Shown here in pieces: positions 1-12,700 of a DNA stretch of 43,514 nucleotides. Both the position numbers and the translations under genes were made by a program. Each line of letters begins with the position of its first letter. Positions within the stretch are counted from its first letter, which is position 1. Source of the DNA: Trichoplax sp. H2 (taxonomy: Eukaryota); the NCBI GenBank assembly GCA_003344405.1, contig NOWV01000173.1, positions 124,001-167,514 of the forward strand, in the 5' to 3' direction. The notes under the pieces are model-generated. The model did not search any database and was not told the origin of the DNA. It saw nothing but the letters and a program-made list of their open reading frames with translations.

Positions 1-709
1 GTAAATATATATACAGCACAATAGACCTCTTAAACCTTCATCAATTTATAGAAATTACACGAAATATAATTCTTCAAAAGGATTCTGTTACAATTTGGAG
101 AGAGTAAAACTCAACATTCCATTCTATCTACTGCATCTATCAGGTTATTAATGGCATTATTACCGTGATGGTTAAAATAAATATTAACTTATGGTCAGAC
201 TTTCGGTATCTTGCTGATTCAATTCTCGTATTAGCTGCAGTTCCTTTATGACTTAAAATTTGTTGCATTTTTCTTACTACATCTGGCATCCCTTTTAAAT
301 GACACAACTAGTGAAAACGATTTAAGAATAGTTATAACGTGAATTATCAAATCATACTTTAATTATGAACACCTCATTATTTTGTAATGATCAGGCATAA
401 TTTAGGGATCAGTAGCTTAAATAATCATGCTGTGTACTTACGAAGAATAATTCAAATTATTATTGCTTTGAATAAAATTTAAGCATTCGCCAACTGTTAA
501 TATCTTATTATTAATCTGTCTTTACCAGTATATAATACATACTCATGTAAGAGTATTATTAGAAACTAGAAATAAATTTCACGTGAAGTATATTAAGTCT
601 ATATTTTGATAATTTTAACAAATTTTAAACTGAAGATGGCACAGTCGTTAGAAGCACCAATATCTGACATAGCTTGAATACAATTTATGCTAAGCTTATT
701 TTAGTTAAC

Positions 710-3700
710 CTGAATAATTGCGAAATGATGATGTAACTCAGCCAAATTGGGCAAACAATCTAATTGATTGCATGCATGCCACTGAATGACCACGATAAGC
801 TGCAGATCATCAAACATATAGCACTTATATGACCATTTTGCATGATATGGCTGCTCTAAGTAGCTACAAGATATGAGTTCCAAGTTTTTTCCCTGATAAA
901 TCTATGGATAAAGAGAGCTTAGTCAAAAAAGAGAAATTTAAGCATAGAATGACAGTAGAGAATGAAATCTACAAACTACATAATTAATCATCTATCTCAT
1001 GCTCATAAAATTGCAACTGATCTAAAATTGGCTTGATGCTATACCTCTAATTTCAATTTCTTGTTCTTCTTGTCTCCATATAATTTTGTGACATGCGGAA
1101 CATCAAAAATATAGCAACAGCTAGAATCAAGTAATTCAATATTGGAACTATTTTTCATAGCCAGTCTATCGCCAACGATCACTTTGTTTTGTGGAACTAT
1201 CCAGTTCAATTTTTTGTCTAATACAGTACGATATCATACACCTTTATTCAGTTTTGAAATTCATCATAGCTTGCTCAATTAATAAAATTAAAATAAAGTA
1301 ACTTGTATGTATAATAGATTACCTTCTAAGTCATAACGAAACAGAGATTGAGTTTTAGTTTGATTAACGATAAAAAAATGATGACTTTGAGGCATAGACA
1401 TGAGATGATGCACTTCCTGTACAAAATTAATAGTTGTAAAGGAACTACAACACCTCGAAGCGATATCAAGTTTCTAACATTTGAAAAGCAAAAAAGGATC
1501 AGCACATCTGTACAACATGAAACCTACTTCACGTTCTTCCAGAAGGATTAATAAAGTAACTTCATGAAATATACTAGCAATGCTGTCAAAAGGAAGCTAT
1601 AGGCTTACTAGAATGTCGATATTATGTCCCTTATGTATAGCTAAATATTGGTAATCATCTGTTATGATCATATCATCAATTGCTTTTGCTGTACGATAAA
1701 TTGGTTGAAACACATCTTCAAATTGCTCTGTCATGTCGATGATTATAGTATCTCCGTTTTGTCCTTCGATGTCTAAAAATCCAATGACGTTGCTATAAGC
1801 CATTAATAAGACTGGAATTTCACCGTTAATATATTCCACATGATAGAGGTAAGAACTAGAATCAACATATCGAGTACATCTGTATTTGTTGTCATCGAAG
1901 CGTTGAATTAATGCAGGAACATCCCAAAGCCGATGGCAATGCCAGTTTTCCAGTTGCCAAACCTGTTAAGAAAATGATCATGATAATTTTTACACCCTTA
2001 AACTAGGCAATTTTTATTATGTATACTTTTTTACAGAGTTAGATTACTTCTATACGACATTCAGGCAGCCTTGAATTTAATTTCATCCAACTTAAAAGAC
2101 GATTAATCCAGTTACCGTCCTCATTTTTATTAAACTTTAATCGATCATAATTTCGCTGACAGACAAGAATATTGTCGCTGCTTCCGAAAAATTTACAATA
2201 TTCAATCTCGTCTTCACATGACATTGATTTATTGGTAGATTGAATTTCGTTTTCGGTAATTTTCCAGATCTATAAAATTAGAAAGTGATAAAAATTAGAA
2301 TCTAGTATAAAGAAATGAAACTCTATTAATTAATGCTCTTGTTTAATTTTAGCCTAAAGATACAGTAACCTAGAATAAATACGAAACTGCTTTTGAAGTT
2401 CTTTATAAGTATTTGACCTGCATATTCTAGGAATGTTCCCGTAGACGATATACTGACCTTAAATTATCGATTTTATACATAGTACTTAAGGTACTAATTT
2501 AAAGATTTAGCTAAATATTTGTAGGTAGTATTTGTTATTAAAATTATAGCATGCTGGAATGTAAAACAGCTTTGAATTAGATTCTAGCTATGAAAATAAC
2601 TGAGACTCTATTAGTCTAGTTCAATTCTAGCATAAAGATGCTTAACCTAGACTAAATATAAGATGCTTCTGTGGCTTTTAAAAGTATTTGACTTTGCTGT
2701 ATATGTACTAGAAATATTTTAGTAGAAATATGTAGACCATAAATTATTGATATTACAGACAGTACTTATGGTACTTAATGAAAAATATAACTATATGCAA
2801 TTATTAAAGATATCTCTTAGTAAAGTATCAGAGTTCTGTAATGAAAATGTAGGCGTTCGTGGTATATTAGCACTTACATCAGCCTCCTTCCTTCTGTTAG
2901 AAATTGTTAGCAGAAATGGGCGATTGGTAATATCAGATGAGAATTCCAGATTGGAGAAATTTGTTTTAGAGAGTTTACGGCTTTTACTGTTAACAAATCG
3001 AAGTTTTTCTTCCATAATTAGGTTATATACTATCCATTCAATGGCTGGTTTAGCCTTATAAAAATCGAAATAACGTTGTTACTAAAAATATAATTTATCC
3101 AGGAAGCTATTAATCTATCCTATTTCGTTTTTCACTATTAGTAAGTATTAAAGGTTTTATTTTCTTTGCTATTTAGATCACATATATTTGCTGTACAGAA
3201 TAAATTTCCTTAAATTAATATACGAGTACTAGAAATATACTTATTCAGTCCATAAACTTTATAAAATATTTGCTTACATTTCACTACGTAAAGCCTTATA
3301 ATAAGAATACCACATCTATAATCATTTATGAAGAACTTTAGAGAATTTACTACTTACTTTTTTACCGCCCTTGATCTCTTCAAAGGAGAAGGCCAGAAAT
3401 TTCCCATCAGAGGAAATCTTAATATCAGTAACTTGGGTATGTTGATTTTCGATCTTACAGTTAATAACTTTTCTGGATGACTCATAATTCTTAACCTGTG
3501 GTACAGCACGCTTATAGTATTAATTCAAAATAGTTTTTGTCTGGCAACGACATCTAAGAAGTGTTTTTATACCGTCGCTAACAGTTTGTTATTTTTGAAC
3601 AAAAACTTGCCTATACGTTGAAATTACGCTGAAAAACTTACAAGGACCCTCTGATTCGGTATATCTTCTTTATTACAACCAAATGCTAGTAGTAGATGTT

Positions 3701-6700
3701 CGCTACGTGAACTAGAACAACTTGGTAATAAGCTTCCAGAATGGCTTACCATGGTTCTTGACTCAATCCACGTTGGAATATTGGCACTTTGATGGCTAAA
3801 ATAGTAAATAATAAAATACAGAGTATTCGTTCATTCAGAAGAGGAATAACAGCTTAGAGATTGATTACAGTTAAAACAGAAATTTCAAAGCACAGTACTT
3901 TTACCTTGATATTTTCCAGTACGGGCCAAGACCACATTTGATATTTTTTTCAGCAATCACTAGCGCTCTTTGCATAATCCAGCTATTTGGTTTAGCGCTA
4001 ATTAATAGGAACTGCACGAAATCCATTTTATCAATATCCAAAAAAGATTCGTTTCGTAAATACAAATCCAGCAGGTGTTTCATTTTATCGCATCTCTATA
4101 GAAAAGTTATAAAGAGATTACAACTGCATCTAGGCTAACGTTAAAAAATTTAGAGGAAATATGAATTAGAGCATGCACTATTTAATTGCTTTCCATCTTC
4201 CGCGATTATGTTAGATCTGAAGTAGACTAACTTGAAGAGACTACTAATACACATCTACAGGGAACTACCCTTTTGAGTTTACCTAAGTTAAAACTTATAC
4301 CAATACTTTAGGCTAAATTAGGATAAATTTCTCAATAAAGTAGTATTACTACTCATTTCAGAGCTACAGTATTTATGCTTTTCATTATTGGTAATTACAC
4401 TAGATTAGTTCCTAAATGTGTAACCAAGCTAACTTGAAGAGACTGCCAATATATGCCCACGGAAATACCATTCCGAGTCTACGCTAGTTAAAAGTTATAC
4501 CAATAATTTCGGCTATATTGGGTTAAATTCCTCGATAAAGTAGCATTACTACCGTATATATTTATACTAATGGAATTTTGCTTTAAGATAAAATATAGTA
4601 AACCGAATTACTTTAAAAACCTCGATAACATTAATTTTATTACCTCCTCAAGCTTCTCGTTGTTTACTTTCTTCGATTCCAGATATCCAATATATTCTTG
4701 CAAATCGATTCTTAGATCATGCAAATTTTTTATCTGCCTTAGTTTCGCAGTTATCCAATTAAAATCCAATAAGATCGTTTCTATAGATTGATAGTCTTCA
4801 GCTTGAATAGCATGTTTGATAAAATTTTTATAAAAGTATATGTTGCATTGGCTAGTGTCTGGATATTTTGTATTATAAAGCCTCATATAATATCGAATCA
4901 ATAGCTGATTTAATGCCTTTCGTTTTGACCACGGCAAGTCTTGAAAATAAGTCATAGCATTTTCTTTTATAGTAAAGCAGATCCTTTCAATGCTGAAATT
5001 CAGTATTCAGAACGCAAATAATAAATATGAAGATTATACCTCTTGCTTGTTACACAAATAGTAGCCAATTCAATTTCATGAACTAGAAATATTGCCTATG
5101 TTTGAGTAATTTTCAATTTATGAAGACCATATATGCTATTCTACTTTCTTGCCAATTTAAATTAAATCCAAAGATTTTTACTCGCTGTTAATTTATTGAC
5201 GTTTCAATTCAAATTCTTTACAGCCTATTTCAAGGCTGTAATCGTTTCTTCATTTTAGTTAAGTACCAATTTTTTCTTTAAAAAATCTGCAATTATTTGC
5301 TATTATATTGACAAATATTGGTATCGTTCCTCAACGTTAAATGATCGACATAAGTATTTTTAATGTGTTTGTTTTATCAAAGTAATTTTGATTATTTATG
5401 ATTTTAATTACGAAATAAGAATGGTAAAGATAATTATTAAAGCTTCTGAAAGAGAAGTATTATCAGAAGCTACTTTTACTTTTATCGACTAATACAATAA
5501 CCACTATTTTTACAAGTAAAACTAAAAAAGTGGTTAATGAAGGGCAAATATTCGTAATTACAAGTCGGCCACAAATCTTAGGCACCAAATTTATCTAAGT
5601 ATAGATCCATTACAACGTAAATGCTTAACCCATTTTCAGCTAAAGTAATTAATCAATCATCTTAAAAGCTCTTGACCCACAATGCATATTGGCGATAATT
5701 ATTTATGCCCCTAATTTGATTTTTTATCTATTGCCATTTCGCAAAACTTAGAATCCGTGATATGAAAAGATGTTATTATGCCCGTACTCCATCTAAATAC
5801 CTTACTTACGGTACAAAGTACTGCAATTTTTATCAACAAATTAGGGTTTTAAAGACATTACGTTTTAATTTATCTATCTATTTTGGTGAGTTACTATTTG
5901 GCATATTTATTCCTCATGTCTTCACGATTCAGCGAACCATAAAAAGTAAAAATGGTCATGTTGTACTTTAAGTAAGACTGTGATATAAAATGGACACGTT
6001 CCGAATTGTTGAAGTTATATCCATATGTAAAAAAAAATACCAATTGGGATTATCTGCTTTACCGTTAAAAAATTTGAAAGTACTGGAAGTATTGTCGACT
6101 CTGCGCCTATTATTAAAAAAAATTGCGAACTGAAAAGATGTTAGAGATTCAAAAAGTATTGGAATTTCACCCTAATGTAACCGTTAGAGCATTGTCTCTT
6201 GAACTAGGTATGTTATATTTCGTAACAAGTTTGATTATTTGAATATCCGTTAGATCGCTAGACTTTCATTAATAATTCGGAATGATTGATGATAATAATT
6301 AAGGAATATTGGCAGTCATATGCTTAGCATAAGTTTGTAGTAACTATTGCAATCATATATAGATATGAAATCGATTAAGGTGTGAGAAAAATATGTTACA
6401 CTATGATCTTAAAATTTAAGTCAATCTTTTACTTCGCTATCAGATATTCCAAGACCTATCGTCCATTACATAATAAAAAACTTGAACAGCGCATCCTACA
6501 GTTTGCATATGTATTCACCATTTTCAAATGAAGAATGCGAAGCTAGAAAATCTGCAAGTGTTGATCTTTACGGATTAGCTGCTGGCGATTCTACTTTCCT
6601 AAATAATATCATCTTTTCTGGTGAAGCTATCATTTATACTTCATCCTTTATCCGTAAGCATAATTGCAGAGTTTTAGGATTATAGAAACCATCACATTAC

Positions 6701-9700
6701 AATCCATTAGTAGAGAAAACGGAAAAGTTACATGTTTGGTGTGGATTGACGAAACATGGACTTATTGGCCCATTTTATTTCTGCGGCTTAATTAATGAAG
6801 AAAACTATTTTTCTTTGTTAAAAAGTATGATGATTCCAATGCTAGGAGCTAAAGCAACTTGAAACCGGAATATTTCATCAAGACGATGCTTTGCCACATC
6901 AAGCTACTGCAATTAAAGAACTTTTAAATGATAGCTTTCCTAATAGCTAGATTGCTTTGCAGGGGCCAATTACTTGGCCAGCTAAATCACCCGATTTAAA
7001 CTCTTGTGACTTTTTCTTATGGGGATACAATCAAAACCAGACTAATTATAAAATCATATCAATCTATGAATTACCTAGAGATTTGTGTCGATGACATATG
7101 CAAAAATCTACCAAGCGAAAGATTGCAAAAGCTTTTACCAATTTTAAACAGAGGATAGGTCTATGTATACAGGTTGAAGGAGGTCCCATACAANNNNNNN
7201 NNNNNNNNNNNNNCACATCAAGCTACTGCAATTAAAGAACTTTTAAATGATAGCTTTCCTAATAGCTAGATTGGTTTGCAGAGGCCAATTACTTGGCCAG
7301 CTAAATCACCCGATTTAAACTCTTGTGACTTTTTCTTATGGGGATACAATCAAAACCAGACTGTAGTGTATTTAGAATATACTGTAACTATATTCTACTC
7401 TTAAATATAGACATTTTGTATTGCGCTTATATTTAGACAGAACTACAGTCCGCTTACTCTACATTCATATATAGCCTACTGTATTTAGTTATTACGGTAC
7501 TCGCTGTTTTCTACAATCATCTGCTATTTTGTAATCTGTTATGGTATATGTTGTATCTAATTCCACAATCCTATTCTCTGCATGTGCTCTATCTTTAAAA
7601 CTATAAATACCGGCGATTTCTACCTCAGAGTTCATTAGCCTCTCAGTTAGTCTTCTAGTTAGTCTCTCACAGTCTAATACTTCTACTCGTTACTCACGAC
7701 AGCTTGCACGCTGATCTACCGTAACTACCTCACTGTACTTCATATTACTAACCTACAATAAAGCATAACTTTTATAAACCCTTTGTTGTAATAATTGTAA
7801 ATGGCGACTAAATCTCAATCCTCTGAGATATCGAACCCTCCATCACACAGACTAACTAAATATCATATCAATCTATGAATTACCTAGAGATTTGTGTCGA
7901 TGACATATGCAAAAATCTACCAAGCGAAAGATTGCAAAAGCTTTTACCAATTTTAAACAGAGGATAGGTCTATGTATACAGGTTGAAGGAGGTCCCATAC
8001 AATATCTCTGCACTGGATGTTTATAATCTTATAAAGCTTTCTTTTTTGCAGTAGTTTAAATTTGAGCCAAATTACTGATGTAGTTATGCGCGTATATACT
8101 AATTTATTTTGTATATTCTTGGCGCACCTTATCGACTTAATGATATATAGTCATCGTATTTCTAACAGTAATGGTTAGATTACTGCTTTTGATGGATTAT
8201 GCTTATACTTGTGTTAATTAAGATATAGCATATGAAATATTACTAATGTTGTTTACTCGTAGAACAACTATAACTATTGAAAGAAATCGTAAATTGGGAG
8301 TTTTACGTCATATTTGAATAAGAAAAATAATAAATATTATCTCATTCTATGCTTGCCATTAAAATTTTTCTCACTGCTGTCTTGCTATGATAGGATTTAA
8401 TCGCGGAACTTTACCCAACACCCCTTATAAGGAACCAAAAATATTACATTCTTGAAGATTATATTTAGTACAAATGTGATTCCGGTCATCATATTATTAT
8501 TACGACACTTAAAATCTTGATAAAATTAAAAAGTCAATACTGTGACTTTATATTGAAGATCTTCGTTTAGATCAGTTAATCTTCTATTTTTTTACATATC
8601 ATAACCTTGTGCAGCTATGATTTATTATACTTTAAAGCCTGACCTTATAGAGTAACAAAGTTATAAATAATTCTATATGTTATTATTCTATATGTTATTA
8701 AAATGGCAACCTAAATTCGAGAAAATGTTTAATTAAAGTACTATATGAAGGTGCCAAATCCCTATCCTGTACTCTTTTTTTTAAGTTATCATATCATAAC
8801 CCCCTGCTTTAACTTGTAAACCGGTCAAAATATATACTCTATTTAGAGCCGTATACTTAACGGGTAGGAGGCATTGGACCTCTAACATACAATAGTACTA
8901 TATAGATTTCATACTTAAGAAGCTTAAACTTTAAAATATTAGCTTGTAATATTACAATAATATTATGAAGTAATTCGTTTTGAAATTAAGATAGCAATTT
9001 GAATTCGAGAAGACGTTTGCCTGAAGTATTGTATGAAGTAACCGAATTCCTATCTGTTACGAATTAGGAATAGCCCTAACTTGCAATAAGGATTAACGTG
9101 TTAAAGTATATAACTATACTCTGCTCTAGAGCTATATATGAACGAATACCTTACTTCAGGTAATCGTCGTGAATTAATAGTAATACATGTAATTTTAACG
9201 CAAATTTTAAAATTTCAAATAGAATTACGGTAGTATTCCGGTAATGTCTTCGTCGAGTCTGATACGAAGCCCTAGCTACGGAATATGTCTAAAGATAGCT
9301 ATCACATGCTAATTTTTGGGGTATAATTGAATATTAAATAAAGCAATTTCTACACTTCCTACACGGCAAAATTTAGACTTAATTGGTAGATTAACTTCAT
9401 TACTTAAATTAAATTTCCGTCAGGCTGTAAGTAATATAGTTCATAACCTCGGAAGATAATTTAGAATTTACATACCTATCGTCTTCATCAGATTGCAATA
9501 ATCCGTAATGGCTAAATTCTTTCAACAAAGAAACTGTATAGACCGTATCAGATTCCCATACTGTAGCGATGATGTCAACTGGTATCCGCCATAATTTAGG
9601 AAACAGTGCCAGCAAATTGAATAGCTTCTGTTTCTGTTGGTCTAATTAAATTATTAGGATGATTATGAACATACATTTATATTAACTCTAATATAAATAG

Positions 9701-12700
9701 GAATTCATTCCATCTGGAACAAAAATGCATAAAAATACAACTATCAAACTTAAGCTTCATAAATTACTGGCAACAAACTCAAATAAACTGCTTTGGGAGG
9801 TCTTTAATACAATTAGGTCTAAGTAATAGTTGTGTAAATGAGTAAAATGAAATCTATCCTAATTTAGTATATGTTCATGTTGCTGTTCTCAATAAAATTA
9901 TTCAATATCGCAGTAAAAATTGGGGAAAATGTGATCCCTGAAGGAAAGCTGTTTGGTGGAGTCTAATAAATTTCTTATTGAATAAATGCATATTGAACGA
10001 TATACTTCTAAATATAGTAATTATTTTTAGTTTAGAACATTTGATATAGCAATCATACATGATTTAAATTTAATAAAAAAGCTGTATTTGTAGAGCTTAC
10101 TTCTAAATACGGTAGAGTCTATTTTTAGTAAAAGTATTAGTTTACCCCAGACTGTAGCATAATTCTAAGACTGTAACATAACTCTAAATATGTATCATCT
10201 ATATTTAAGAATTTACTCTTTGGAAATATCTTGTACTCTAGCTAACTTATACCGTAGCACTAGCTTAATATAGAAGTAACCTATTTTCATGAATCATTCG
10301 CGCCTATAAATAATTTCCTCCTGCTGTGCTCCTAACATTATAACAGCTATTTTCTTTCGTCTATCTCGTTGTTTAGTTCTGGTAGTTGCACGGTAAGCTT
10401 GCACGCTTTATCTGTTCTACACTACTATAGTTATTCGACTAAATTACGTCGTTACTCGCACATTAGATAATGTCACACGATTATTCTCTTACACTCGCTC
10501 AATAAAGGTTATTCTTCCGTTAAGTATTCTATTATACTATTGCGACTAATGGCAAACTCTCAATCTTCCGAAACATCACAGTATTTAACGGTGTTTTGCA
10601 CTCAATTAATTAGTTAAGCATAATAATTATGGTATAATTTCCATAACATTATTCAGTAGTAAGTTTAATAGGCATACTGTACATATTGAACTTTATTTGT
10701 TCAATTTTCAAGAAATGTTTTGTCATCAGCTTGAACATGGTTATAATATTAATTAGAATAATATTATTAGGTCTATCTAAATTTTACAGCAATCCTTTGA
10801 TTTTGATACCTTAACGGCAAGAAGGTAATCAGTAAATTAATTTTTATTAATGGAAGAATATCTGTATAGCCTAGATGTTCTTCATTACTAAAAACTTTTC
10901 ATTATTATTCTTTCACTTCTTTTGGAAAAGGAAAATAAATAGCTTGTAATGGTATGCATGAATAATTCGTCAGTGTAAGTGGCGAAAAGATATCGTGTTA
11001 ATAGCTATTCTTTCTTAGAATAACATTTTGTATCAGTGTCAATAAGTCAACTTCAAATAGATGGTCATCAAACTTGATAAAATAAGAAAATTTAATACGT
11101 TAATGCAGACTGTGCAACTACCATTACACTGTTACAAAGTAGCGCAATACTCTCACATTTACATGGAATTCTATGCTTCTATATCAAGACGAAATAGTAT
11201 GAAGATAAATACTAAATTTGTTTACAAATAAAATCATAGATAGTCAAAATATTTCCTCCGTCAATGGTATTACATTTGTTTATGAGACGGTTCATAAGGA
11301 TATAGTCCAGTCTTTTTTCGATAAATTCAAAATAAAAGCTGATCGATATCTACGTCCTCAATATTTCTAAAATTTATAAATTCGTTGTAGAATTTTAAAA
11401 TTAGTTCGTAAAGTTCTAGTTTGCAAATTTTAAGAATACAGAAATCTTGAATCCGATTAGTGAAAATAAAAGATGATACAGAAAACTTTAGTACAACGTC
11501 TACACTTATCCTTTCTATCTTATTGAAATGAACAAGAGTTCCTTTTTTTTGGAGGTTATTATGATGGAGGGTTCGAAGGGTAAGATAATGTGGTTTTAGT
11601 TGCCATGCAGAGAATTGCACAAGGAGTTTAAGAAAAGAGGATACTTTATTGTAAATAGTAGTTAGGTACAATGTGATAATTACGGTAGGTCAGCGTGGTA
11701 GCTGCCGTGAGTAAAGTGTGAATACTAACTGTGACTAATAATGCAACTTAACAAATCTAAGGTAGAAAACGGCGGTATTTATAGCTATGGCACTAAAACA
11801 CATGCAGAGAACATTATTGTAGGATTAGATACAACACATACCAAAACAGGTTATAGAATAGCAGATGATTGTAGAAAATAGTGAGGACTGTAATAACTAA
11901 ATGTAGTAAGCCATATTTGAATATAGAGTGAACAGACTATAGATAAGTCTAAATATAAGATCAATACAACATGTCTAATTTAAGAATAGAATATAGTTAC
12001 AGTATACTCTAAATACACTACAGTTATAATGTATCGTCTGTTACAGTTTCAACTCTTGCATTTGCTTACTCTCTAGTTTGACGTTCATAGGCGATCGCGT
12101 TACGTAAAATATTCATTTTCCGAAATTTTGCCTTTAGAATTAATGTAGATGTATTTACCAGACACATCTTGCGTTAAATAAAATATTATTATAGGTGGTT
12201 AAAGTAGATATCAAAAGTAGCAATGCAAAACTAGCCATCTAAATTTTAAATAGCTTTTAATGGCGTAAAATTGGAACCTTTAGAATTAAAATCTTAATAC
12301 TCTGTTATAAATTCAAAAATTAAAATCTATTAGGGAGATAGAAATTTGTTTTTTGCCATAAATTCTAAACTTTGTGACACAATATACCTATGAAAAGCTA
12401 AATTAAGACTAGAGAATTTATCATTATTTAAAACAGATATTATAATGAAAAATCAAAGATGTAACATCAAATTCGACTCAAACTAGCCATAGAAATTGAA
12501 ATTTTGCAACTGAAAGATGGTGTATAAGAATTTTTAATCCAGAATCTTCTTAAATAGTAATAGTTATTCAAAGAAATTACTACATAAAGATAAACTGAAC
12601 GAGCTAGATGATATTTCTGTTCATAGCGTAGAGAAGCATATTATTCGTACCGCGTGTACAAAATATAGTGTAGTTAACTGTAGTAGCTAGCAGACTTACA

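Noticed and set aside
1348-4791. Plus-strand ORFs 1348-1551, 2747-3061, 3938-4138 and 4570-4791
   Set aside because: They are antisense shadows of the minus-strand Apaf-1-like exons and have no recognisable motifs.
5000-8800. Terminal inverted repeats of the DD41D element
   Set aside because: No convincing TA-flanked TIR pair was found by eye, so the element boundaries are left at the transposase remnant.
11327-11329. In-frame TGA as possible selenocysteine or readthrough
   Set aside because: There is no redox-motif context or SECIS evidence, and neighbouring segments are also disrupted, so decay is the simpler explanation.
11327-11671. 114-aa minus-strand ORF
   Set aside because: It starts inside a solo LTR and crosses its boundary; only the last 12 or so codons overlap a candidate fossil exon.
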